From positions 1-37,305 of the forward strand of contig CAIJMQ010000018.1 in assembly GCA_903821905.1 (NCBI GenBank): a stretch of DNA of 37,305 nt, read 5' to 3'. This stretch comes from an uncultured bacterium. Its GTDB lineage: Bacteria; CAIJMQ01. The notes below the pieces were generated by a model. That model made no database searches, was not told the origin of the DNA, and was given only the letters and a program-made list of their open reading frames with translations. A program made the translations under genes and the position numbers. Shown here piece by piece: positions 27,735 through 35,883 of this stretch (positions are counted from its first letter, which is position 1; every line of letters starts with the position of its first letter).

Positions 27735-28553
27735 TTATCTTCCAAAAACTTCGTTAGATACCTTTTGGTAATTTGCTTGAGCTTGCGCGCCTTCTTGCGT
27801 CACCGCATTAACTTTATCAACGGCGTTATTAACAATCTCAGCTTTCGCTGAAATTTCTGCTTCTGGTCGATTATCAATAAGGGCTTGATAGTAACTTATT
27901 TTAGCTGTGAAAATCTCGTTATAAACATCTTTTGCTTTTTCATCAGATTTTATTAACTGCAAAAAAACATCTACTAAATTTTGGGAATACTTGGCAAGAA
28001 TAGGGCTTGCTTGATTGAAATACTGAACGACTTTGTCCTGTCGTTCATCGTTTAATTTTTGTAGAGCTTTATAAGCGGTTATATTATTCGCATAGCCAAC
28101 CTTTGAATCGGTTTTGTCGTCAACATTATTTTGTGCTGTATCCCAACGAACCTGAAAATCTGCTAGATATGTTTTTTGATTTTGGTTTAATTGTGTCAAC
28201 AAATCCCGGTTTCTCGTTGCAATTTCTGTTCCGAGTGGCGTCCTCACAGCGACAGCTTCCCAGTTATTAGCGAGAGAAGTCAAAAAACCAATCAATAACC
28301 CCGAAACGATCTCGAGAATGACAAATGCTATAATAATTTTTGCCACTTCATTCTTGAATTTTATTTTTGATTTAAGGCGATAGTAAAAGAATCCCGCCCC
28401 TATCGTAATAACCACAATAATAAACTCGTCAATTATTGACTTATTAAAACTTTGGGCAATTGTCCAGATTAAACCAGCTACAATGTAACCACCCCAGAAT
28501 GTCTTTTTCGTCGGAGGTTGATTGTTGCGATTCTTGTTTGTTTCGTTTTCCAT
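27735..28553 (-). CDS. Hypothetical membrane protein (3 N-terminal TM helices, long helical C-terminal domain)
   Basis: 272-aa ORF filling the space between the two repeats; hydrophobic N-terminus, Q/N/A-rich amphipathic C-terminus. Confidence 0.75.
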   Translation of the reverse strand: MENETNKNRNNQPPTKKTFWGGYIVAGLIWTIAQSFNKSIIDEFIIVVITIGAGFFYYRLKSKIKFKNEVAKIIIAFVILEIVSGLLIGFLTSLANNWEAVAVRTPLGTEIATRNRDLLTQLNQNQKTYLADFQVRWDTAQNNVDDKTDSKVGYANNITAYKALQKLNDERQDKVVQYFNQASPILAKYSQNLVDVFLQLIKSDEKAKDVYNEIFTAKISYYQALIDNRPEAEISAKAEIVNNAVDKVNAVTQEGAQAQANYQKVSNEVFGR

Positions 28554-28625
28554 AGCTTTATTTTATTAAATCCTCATCAGTAGAATTGCCTACTTGAAAT
28601 ACCCTAAACAATTCGACACTAGAGT

Positions 28626-28691
28626 AAAGGATAGCACCAAACAAGGTAAGTGAGCAAGTATAGGAAAGGGTTCCATTTTCCCTTTGACGGC
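28626..28691 (-). repeat. Degenerate ~65-bp direct repeat, copy B, containing a promoter-like element
   Basis: AAAGGATAGCACCAAACAA..AGTGAGCAAGT..GGAAAGG..CTTTGACGGC; minus strand reads TTGCTC-18-TATCCT. Confidence 0.75.
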
Positions 28692-28711
28692 AAATCCTTT
28701 TGCTTCAACAA

Positions 28712-29776
28712 TTAAGATTTGTATTTCTTGAGTTGTTCTAATGCTTTTTTAACAAATTTCCCGAATTTTCGGTCTTTTCTTCTTTTTCCCAAATCGGTCA
28801 TCCCGTAATGCTCGGCTTCTTTTTTTAATTTAAAATAATTTGAATATTTATTCTTGTCTAACTTGTTGCGTTTTATAGCATTCAAGACAGCACATCCCGG
28901 TTCGTGTGTATGCGTACAGTCGCTGAATTTACACTTTTTTGATAAATAGGATATTTCATCAAATACTTTTTCTATCCCGGAGTTTGCGTCTGTCATGCCT
29001 ATTTCTCTCATCCCCGGATTATCTATTACAATCCCTCCGTTTTCCAGAAAATACATTCCCCTGCCGGAAGTGGTATGTTTGCCTCTGCCGGTATGCTCAC
29101 TTATTGTGTTAGTTTTTATAGTATTCGTTCCAAGCAGTTTGTTTATCAAAGATGACTTTCCCACTCCCGATGAGCCAAGGAAGCAATATGTTTTCCCTTT
29201 TGTTATATATGATATCAATTCATCCAATCCCTTATCAGCAACGGTACTGGCGGGGATAACACCTATATCCTTAAATCTATTTTTTATCTGGGTTATTTTA
29301 AAATTTAATTCTGCTTGGGAAACTAAATCGATTTTATTCAATACGATAGCGGGCTTTATGTTCCCGTCTTTTGCTATGGCAAGACACCTTTCAAAGCGAT
29401 TCAGATTATAATCTCTGTCAACCGACTCTACGGCAAACACAACGTCAATATTTGCAGCAATAACTTGAGTTGCGTTTTTATCGCTATACTTTTTCTTTAA
29501 TATTGTTTTTCTTGTCAATATTCCGTGAATTGTGGCTCGTCCCGAATCAAGTTCGGTAATAGCCACCCAATCTCCGACAGCAGGATAATCTTCTCTTGAT
29601 GAGGCATTGAACATTTGTCTGCCGGTTATTTTCGCCAAGTATTCATTAGTAGCATTTTTTACTCTATACGCTTCTTTGTGTTCGGCGATAACACGCGCAA
29701 CCAAGTAGGCATCTAACCCTAATGTTTTATGATTAGATTCAAAAAACGCACTATAACCTAAATCTTTCAGTTTCAT
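28712..29776 (-). CDS. rsgA: Ribosome small subunit-dependent GTPase A
   Basis: PAVGDWV, IAANID, NKID, GSSGVGKSSLIN, GRGKHTT, DNPGMRE, CKFSDCTHTHEPGCAV zinc finger. Confidence 0.96.
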   Translation of the reverse strand: MKLKDLGYSAFFESNHKTLGLDAYLVARVIAEHKEAYRVKNATNEYLAKITGRQMFNASSREDYPAVGDWVAITELDSGRATIHGILTRKTILKKKYSDKNATQVIAANIDVVFAVESVDRDYNLNRFERCLAIAKDGNIKPAIVLNKIDLVSQAELNFKITQIKNRFKDIGVIPASTVADKGLDELISYITKGKTYCFLGSSGVGKSSLINKLLGTNTIKTNTISEHTGRGKHTTSGRGMYFLENGGIVIDNPGMREIGMTDANSGIEKVFDEISYLSKKCKFSDCTHTHEPGCAVLNAIKRNKLDKNKYSNYFKLKKEAEHYGMTDLGKRRKDRKFGKFVKKALEQLKKYKS

Positions 29777-29816
29777 TTTATTATTCTGTAATTTCTAAAA
29801 GATGAGACATATTTAT

Positions 29817-30173
29817 CTACTTGAAATAACCGAAGCGATTGGACACAAGAGTAAACGATAATGCTAATACGAAAAAAATGGTTAGACCAACCAGAATTGC
29901 TTTATATGGGCCAATCCGAGGTGCAAAATACGCGACAGCAAGCATATAAGGCACCCAGGATAGAAGTGTGCCTGTAAGAACAAATTTGGCGTGCTGGCTT
30001 ACCGCCTGGCCACCGCTTATCTTGCCAATAAAGAAATACGCAACCAATGTAAATACGGGAATAAGTGTAGCAAGGCCGGAGAGTGTTTTGTGTCCGCTTA
30101 CCTGAAACGCAACGATAAGGACAGTAAACAATCCGCCGGTGACAAAATAAATGATGTAATTAGAAATATTCAT
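29817..30173 (-). CDS. Small 4-TM membrane protein, GlpM/DUF3147-like
   Basis: YFVTGGLFTVLI..LSGLATLIPVFTLVAYFFIG pattern; start is ATG 30173 or TTG 30188. Confidence 0.6.
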   Translation of the reverse strand: MNISNYIIYFVTGGLFTVLIVAFQVSGHKTLSGLATLIPVFTLVAYFFIGKISGGQAVSQHAKFVLTGTLLSWVPYMLAVAYFAPRIGPYKAILVGLTIFFVLALSFTLVSNRFGYFK

Positions 30174-30233
30174 GAACAGTAATCCCAATCATAGTTTAAG
30201 TTGAAATTTGATTGATAAATAATAGCATTATCT

Positions 30234-31661
30234 CTAATCTCTAAATCGTCTTGGTCTATTATTTCCCGACCGACCCGAGGCGGGCTGGGATGATTGATTG
30301 CGGTTATGGGAGAAGCGTCCGGGACGTGAACCACCCGAGTGCGGGCCACCTGAACGTGAGCCGCCTGAGTACGAACCACCACCCGAGTGCGAACGGCTTG
30401 GGCGCGGACCACTACCTGAGCGCGAACCACCAAAGCGTGAACCACCTGGACGCGAACGGTTATGCGAATATGATGAACCATGGTGCCTATCCCCCTCGGG
30501 GGAAAATTTATGAGCGGCGCTTGCCGGAGGAAGGTCTGCCGGGAGAGGTGAAATTGGGAGATTTTTCCTTATCAGTCTCTCAATACGGTGAACATCACTT
30601 CTCTGGTCTGAAGTAACAAACGAAATGGCATGCCCCTTAGCACCTGCACGGGCCGTTCGTCCGATACGGTGCACATAATCTTCACAGTTATCTGGTATGT
30701 CATAGTTGACCACCAATTCAATGCCTATTACATCAATACCCCGCGAGGCAACATCGGTAGCTACTAATATGCGATATTTCCCTGATTTAAACCCTTGAAG
30801 CGCCTCTCGGCGTTGAAAAAGTGAGCGGTTGGAATGAATCTCGGCTGCTCTATGGCCAATATTGCAAAGCACTCTTGTAAGTTTGCTGGCTCCGTGTTTT
30901 GTCCTGGTGAAGATAAGTGTGGGGCCGTGATATTGTTTAAGAAGTTTTTCCAGCAGACGGGATTTCAAATCTTTTGAAATAACAAAAATTTCCTGTGTTA
31001 CCTGGTCAACTGTTGTCCCGGTTGGAGCTACCTCTATTCTAATCGGCAATTTCATATATTTCGTAGCCATAGTCATAATCGCGTGAGGTATTGTCGCAGA
31101 GAAAAGCATGGTTTGCCGATTATGCGGAAGCACGTTAAAAATTGTTCTAATTTGCGGTTCAAATCCCATGTCCAACATTCGGTCAGCTTCATCAAGAACA
31201 ACAATGTGGACATTTTCAAGCCGCAGTGTTTTTTGCTCTAAATGGTCGTTGAGCCGTCCCGGTGTTGCTATAATAATATGCGGGTGCCGGTATATTGCTT
31301 GTATCTGAGGACGTATTGCCGTACCGCCAATAAGCACTGCAGTTCGAATCCCCATATCCACACCAACCTGGTGCAGCGCTTCGTCAACCTGGATAGCGAG
31401 TTCACGTGTGGGAACTATAACCAAGCCCTGCCCTTTGGTTTGAAGTAACTTCTGAATCATCGGAATACCAAAAGCAATCGTTTTACCGGTGCCCGTCTGT
31501 GCAATACCTACCACATCTTTACCCTGTATTGCGACCGGCATGGCTTGGCGTTGGATCGGGGTCGGTTCTTTAAATTTCAATTTTTCTAGTGTTTTCAAAA
31601 GAACGGGCGTGATACCCAACCCAGAAAACCCAGTATTTTGATGTTGACTATTCGGACTCAT
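30234..31661 (-). CDS. DEAD-box RNA helicase (RhlE-like) with a Gly/Ser/Arg-rich tail
   Basis: PTPIQ, AQTGTGKT, PTRELA, TPGRL, DEAD, SAT, RGID, HRIGRTAR; GGGAG RBS supports ATG 31661. Confidence 0.95.
   Translation of the reverse strand: MSPNSQHQNTGFSGLGITPVLLKTLEKLKFKEPTPIQRQAMPVAIQGKDVVGIAQTGTGKTIAFGIPMIQKLLQTKGQGLVIVPTRELAIQVDEALHQVGVDMGIRTAVLIGGTAIRPQIQAIYRHPHIIIATPGRLNDHLEQKTLRLENVHIVVLDEADRMLDMGFEPQIRTIFNVLPHNRQTMLFSATIPHAIMTMATKYMKLPIRIEVAPTGTTVDQVTQEIFVISKDLKSRLLEKLLKQYHGPTLIFTRTKHGASKLTRVLCNIGHRAAEIHSNRSLFQRREALQGFKSGKYRILVATDVASRGIDVIGIELVVNYDIPDNCEDYVHRIGRTARAGAKGHAISFVTSDQRSDVHRIERLIRKNLPISPLPADLPPASAAHKFSPEGDRHHGSSYSHNRSRPGGSRFGGSRSGSGPRPSRSHSGGGSYSGGSRSGGPHSGGSRPGRFSHNRNQSSQPASGRSGNNRPRRFRD
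30328..30460. repeat. Degenerate 15-bp tandem repeat encoding (S/F)GGSR pentapeptides
   Basis: GAACCACCCGAGTGC / GGGCCACCTGAACGT / GAGCCGCCTGAGTAC / GAACCACCA... units within the helicase C-terminus. Confidence 0.75.
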
Positions 31662-31720
31662 AAATTTTTTTAACTCCCAACTTTGGCATAACGTCACATG
31701 CTATGCTAAAACTTACATTA

Positions 31721-31749
31721 ATCTTAGGCGGATCCGCCTAACCTGTCAA
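31721..31749 (-). promoter_or_regulatory. Putative sigma70 promoter for the DEAD-box helicase, overlapped by a perfect 18-bp palindrome
   Basis: TTGACA-17 bp-TAAGAT; TTAGGCGGATCCGCCTAA at 31724-31741. Confidence 0.6.
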
Positions 31750-31804
31750 GTAAAGTTTGACTAGATCTCGCCTCGCCCGCCAAGTAACAATTGGCGAGGC
31801 GGGG

Positions 31805-31889
31805 CGGAGAGACAGGGATTCGAACCCTGGTACCCTTGCGAGTAACACGCTCTCCAAGCGTGCGCTTTCAGCCGCTCAGCCATCTCTCC
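31805..31889 (-). tRNA. tRNA-Ser (GGA)
   Basis: GGAGAGA/TCTCTCC acceptor stem, anticodon arm CACGC-TTGGAGA-GCGTG, long variable arm TACTCGCAAGGGTA, T loop TTCGAAT; CCA not encoded. Confidence 0.96.
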
Positions 31890-31938
31890 AGTTTTATATC
31901 CTATAATGATGATTACTGACTAAAAAATAACTGATTTT

Positions 31939-33165
31939 CTATTCAGAAACTACCTGGTTTCTTCCACCTGTTTTTGCTTTATATAATCTTTCATCTGCGT
32001 TCTTTATCAATTCACCTCGCGTTTTGCTATCCGCCGGTAATGAAGAAACGCCGAAACTAACAGTAAGCTTGCCGTTTGGTTGTTTTTCTTCGTTATGGAA
32101 ATGCGTATTTTCTATTTCTTCTTTTAATTTCCGGGCAACAACTACTGCATCTTTCTTTTCCGTGTGGGGAAGAATGATAACAAATTCCTCTCCTCCATAT
32201 CTTGCCACAACATCTCTGCCTTTGGTATTTTTTTTGAATATGTCTGCGACTTTCCAGAGAACTTTATCGCCTGCAACGTGTCCGTTAGTATCATTATAGT
32301 GTTTGAAATAATCTACGTCTGCCATAATCAGCGAAATTGACTGTTCGCCTTTAATTCCCATTTCAGTAAACTCTTCCAGCTTTTCCTGGAAATGGCGATG
32401 ATTATAGATATTAGTGAGTCCATCAGTTATTGAGAGAAATTTAGTCTTTTCAAAAAGCTGTGCATTCTCTACCAGCAAAGATGCTTGGGAAGCGATTGAC
32501 ACCAACAATTCTAACTCCTGTGACAGAAAATCACGGGATTCTTTTGTCAGAACACCTACCATCCCAAAACTTCTCTCTCTTCTTTTTAGGGGGACAACCA
32601 AAATAGAAAAGTAACCCGCTTCTGACAGTTTTTTATATTTGGGGAATGAACTTAAATCGTTGATAAGGTGAGATTGTCCTTTTTGTATAACCTCTTCCCT
32701 TAAATCATCATCTAAAGTAATATTTTTCTCGCCCTCGTATATTTTCACAAAATATTTTTGTTCTTCATCGGAATAGAGTTCAAGAAATAGTATATTTACT
32801 TTTAATAGGTCCTTTATGGCTAAAAGCATCCTTTTAAGCACGGTGTGTAGGTCTTGTTCGGCCGTGAATGCGCTCATTAAATCACGAAGCGTAGAAAGAA
32901 GATGACTTCCTTCGGATTGGTCCGATTGAGTAAGCTCAAGTGTAGTGCTCATTCTCTGGTTTTCCCTCAAAAGATTAGAACTTATTTTATGGAGAGACCA
33001 AAAAGATATGAGTAATAGTATAAATGCAAAAGTATATAGAACAAGCACTGCGGGAATATTTTTGGGGAAAAGAGGAATAATGATTTTGCTGCCAAACCAT
33101 AGAGTAACTAATACTAAACAGGCAACTGATGCAAGAATGTTTGCAACAATACGACTTTTTATCAC
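31939..33165 (-). CDS. Membrane-anchored GAF-GGDEF diguanylate cyclase
   Basis: Two N-terminal TM helices; GAF (SILVVPL..F.SQELELL..ENAQLF); ITDGLT, DVDYFKHYNDTNGH, RYGGEEF. Confidence 0.93.
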   Translation of the reverse strand: MIKSRIVANILASVACLVLVTLWFGSKIIIPLFPKNIPAVLVLYTFAFILLLISFWSLHKISSNLLRENQRMSTTLELTQSDQSEGSHLLSTLRDLMSAFTAEQDLHTVLKRMLLAIKDLLKVNILFLELYSDEEQKYFVKIYEGEKNITLDDDLREEVIQKGQSHLINDLSSFPKYKKLSEAGYFSILVVPLKRRERSFGMVGVLTKESRDFLSQELELLVSIASQASLLVENAQLFEKTKFLSITDGLTNIYNHRHFQEKLEEFTEMGIKGEQSISLIMADVDYFKHYNDTNGHVAGDKVLWKVADIFKKNTKGRDVVARYGGEEFVIILPHTEKKDAVVVARKLKEEIENTHFHNEEKQPNGKLTVSFGVSSLPADSKTRGELIKNADERLYKAKTGGRNQVVSE

Positions 33166-33167
33166 GC

Positions 33168-33899
33168 TTATTGTCCCTCGACCGTTCCAACTTCAAGCTC
33201 TATGTCGGCTCTACGTTCTACTCTTTCTATTTTGCCGTCTCTAATCCAGAATATTCTATCCGAGACATCTATCATTTTTAGGTCGTGAGTAGCGGATATT
33301 ATTGTGACTTCCTTTTCTCTGTTTAGAGTTTTGAGAAGTTGTATAATTTCTTTACCTGTATTCAAATCTAAGTTTCCCGTGGGTTCATCTGCCAACACAA
33401 TAGCTGGGTCATTTGCGAGTGCTCGGGCAATAGCTACTCTCTGTTGCTGTCCGCCGGAAAGCTGGAAAGGTTTATGGTGAACTCTGTCGCCCAGACCCAC
33501 ACGGGAAAGTAATGCGACTCCTTTTTCTCTTGAGTCATCTGCACTCATTCCGGCAAATACCATCGGAAGAGTCACATTTTCTAAGGCGCTCATTACGGGT
33601 ATCAAGTTAAATGTCTGGAAAATATATCCTATTTTTCTACACCTCAGCCATGCCAATTCATAGGCATCAAGTTGAGCTACGTCCACCTCATCAATATAAA
33701 CTCTACCTTCAGATGGTTTATCTAAACCGCCTATCATATTAAAAAGGGTGGTCTTTCCGGAACCTGACGGCCCCATTATAGATATGTATTCGCCTCTTTT
33801 AATTTCCATATCTATACCCTTTAGAGCTGGCACCGAGAGCTCACCTAAACGGAAAACTTTCGTTACTCCTCTTGTTCTGACTACATTCTCTGCTGGCAT
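33168..33899 (-). CDS. ABC transporter ATP-binding protein (LolD/MacB/FtsE-type)
   Basis: [45 protein letters not shown]. Confidence 0.96.
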   Translation of the reverse strand: MPAENVVRTRGVTKVFRLGELSVPALKGIDMEIKRGEYISIMGPSGSGKTTLFNMIGGLDKPSEGRVYIDEVDVAQLDAYELAWLRCRKIGYIFQTFNLIPVMSALENVTLPMVFAGMSADDSREKGVALLSRVGLGDRVHHKPFQLSGGQQQRVAIARALANDPAIVLADEPTGNLDLNTGKEIIQLLKTLNREKEVTIISATHDLKMIDVSDRIFWIRDGKIERVERRADIELEVGTVEGQ

Positions 33900-33909
33900 C
33901 TTATCTTCT

Positions 33910-34554
33910 TTATTCGTCCTTTCTCATAGCATCAGCAGGGACCATTTTCGCTGCTCTGTAAGCAGGATATATGGCACCAACAATTGTAAGTATAACACCA
34001 AAAAAAATTGCAATCATACCAGTTTTAATAATACTTAACCACGGGAATACCTTCCAGATTATACCGCCATATTTTATAAGCGATATCAAAATCATAGACA
34101 AATTTCCTATAATTACTCCTGCCACTGCTCCTATTATACCTTGGAATGCTGATTCTATTAAGAAAAGTTTGACTATGAAGCTATCCAACGCACCAAGACA
34201 TTTCATTGTCCCTATCTCTCTATATCTTTCGGTGACAGACATAAGCATTGCATTTGTAATTCCTACGACACATACCAGAAGAGATAGAGACATTAACCAG
34301 ATTTGTTGGGCTTTTATTCCCACACCGCCTGAAAGTCTTGCTTGAAGATATTCCGGGCCTTTTGTTAAAAGCGCTCCATTAATTGCGATTGATGAAAAAA
34401 TAGACGTCAAAAACGCTATTGCAAAGCTTATTCCCATAATTGTAATTATGGAACGCCCAAGCCTGATTTGGATGGACTGGTAACTCATCTGGATGGCCTT
34501 AAACATGGGTAAAACTATCTGTTTTTCTACTTTCATTTGACCGGTCTCAGCCAT
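33910..34554 (-). CDS. FtsX-like ABC permease, 4 TM, lacking a large periplasmic domain
   Basis: RSIITIMGI, ITNAMLMSVTERYREIGTMKCLGA, FLIES, YPAYRAAKMVPADAMR. Confidence 0.9.
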   Translation of the reverse strand: MAETGQMKVEKQIVLPMFKAIQMSYQSIQIRLGRSIITIMGISFAIAFLTSIFSSIAINGALLTKGPEYLQARLSGGVGIKAQQIWLMSLSLLVCVVGITNAMLMSVTERYREIGTMKCLGALDSFIVKLFLIESAFQGIIGAVAGVIIGNLSMILISLIKYGGIIWKVFPWLSIIKTGMIAIFFGVILTIVGAIYPAYRAAKMVPADAMRKDE

Positions 34555-34930
34555 TATTATTTACTCCATTTCTAGAAATTACCAAGCCTATTATCCTTCT
34601 TTGAGCTAATTTTTTCAAATATTCCAACGTAGAAACTTCCACTTCTTTGCGGTTTAATTGAAATTTTCTCTCTAACTCTATGATTATAGTTTCCACGGAA
34701 TTTTTCCCGTCACATAGTCCCCACATATATGCCCCAAGTTCATCAAGAGTTATAATTTTTTCACTTGGGATAAAAACAATTTTACTAAAAAAATCAATCA
34801 TTTTGCTTTTATCGCGCGGTATATAAAGAATTGCTCCACCTTTTTCGTTTTTCTCCCATCTAATAGAAGCATTCTTGACAGGTTTGGCAAGAAACATTTC
34901 TTCTCTTGTAAGTTTTCGCTTATTTATCAT
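34547..34930 (-). CDS. PqqD-family protein (RiPP recognition element-like)
   Basis: TLDELGAYMWGLCDGKNSVETII..L..KF.....EVEVSTLEYLKKLAQRRII matches the PqqD/RRE winged-helix pattern, with an N-terminal extension. Confidence 0.85.
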   Translation of the reverse strand: MINKRKLTREEMFLAKPVKNASIRWEKNEKGGAILYIPRDKSKMIDFFSKIVFIPSEKIITLDELGAYMWGLCDGKNSVETIIIELERKFQLNRKEVEVSTLEYLKKLAQRRIIGLVISRNGVNNNG

Positions 34931-35883
34931 TTATGGCAAATCACGTCTTTGGACAAATTTTCTAATATAGGATTTTCACCTACAGAAGTAGAAAGAAGGA
35001 CAAAAATCCTGTTAGTTTCCTTACAATACCATACTTTTCCTTCTTTAAGAATATTTTTTCGTGTAAATATTGGAATCCCCCTTTTTTGTATCGCACTAAA
35101 ATTAAATTCAGTATGGTTATTTTTCTCTTCTAACTTTACGCCTGAAAGGTAATTATTATAAATCGCATAAGCTACCGAGAACCATTCTGTTAATTTTTTT
35201 TCTTTCAGAAGCATATTCCCCAAAGCCCATCTTTCAATATCCAAACTGTCCTTTCCTTTATTAAAGCTTAACTTTAAATATCCGGATTTTAAAGAATAAT
35301 CAGCCAACTTGTAATCCTTGGGAGTATGGAAAACGAGGTCGTAAAGTCCCCAGGTCATTTTATCATCAGGGTGGTCTTCCAGAGAACTGTATATTTTACT
35401 GACTATGTCTTTTATATCCTCTTCTTTCTTAGAGTATACCCTCATCAATAAAACTCTTCCACAGGCTTTACAGTACCACGCTATACAAAAAGCTCTGAAA
35501 TTAGATTCTAGAATAAAAAATTCACCATTTCTTTCTTTGGTAAATATTTTTTTTGCTGGTGGGGGTAGTTTTCTTTGAACAGAAAATGGCAGTTTTTTTC
35601 TTTTTGTCTCTTTTTCTATGGTATCTATATTATTGGAAATGATTTTTTCTAAATAAAAGGAAGAGGCAGGTGTATGCCAATAAAGCTCTACTCGGACCAT
35701 AAAACCATCATCCAGAAAAACTTCTCCGTTGGAGTAATCTTTTGATAGTTTTGAAATATTCCATTCTTTGGGATGCAGAAAAGATATGCCTTGCCAGCCA
35801 AAAATGGCAAATTCACCCACGGTGCTTTTGTTAGTTGGACGCTCGGTAGAGGTTTCTATGCTGATGTCTCTATTTTCTTGCAT
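34927..35883 (-). CDS. Hypothetical protein with an internal two-fold duplication and Cys/His motifs
   Basis: Long ORF overlapping the PqqD gene by ATGA; WYCKACGR and WYCKETNR in equivalent positions of two halves. Start uncertain (ATG 35883 or GTG 35820). Confidence 0.75.
   Translation of the reverse strand: MQENRDISIETSTERPTNKSTVGEFAIFGWQGISFLHPKEWNISKLSKDYSNGEVFLDDGFMVRVELYWHTPASSFYLEKIISNNIDTIEKETKRKKLPFSVQRKLPPPAKKIFTKERNGEFFILESNFRAFCIAWYCKACGRVLLMRVYSKKEEDIKDIVSKIYSSLEDHPDDKMTWGLYDLVFHTPKDYKLADYSLKSGYLKLSFNKGKDSLDIERWALGNMLLKEKKLTEWFSVAYAIYNNYLSGVKLEEKNNHTEFNFSAIQKRGIPIFTRKNILKEGKVWYCKETNRIFVLLSTSVGENPILENLSKDVICHK

Noticed and set aside
27672-28691. Integron attC sites
   Set aside because: No RYYYAAC..GTTRRRY inverted core and no intI; the repeats look like promoters instead.
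30170-30616. Repetitive ORFs 30170-30481 (-), 30251-30616 (+) and 30298-30513 (+) as RiPP precursor-like peptides
   Set aside because: They are alternative frames of the GC-rich tandem repeat in the helicase tail.
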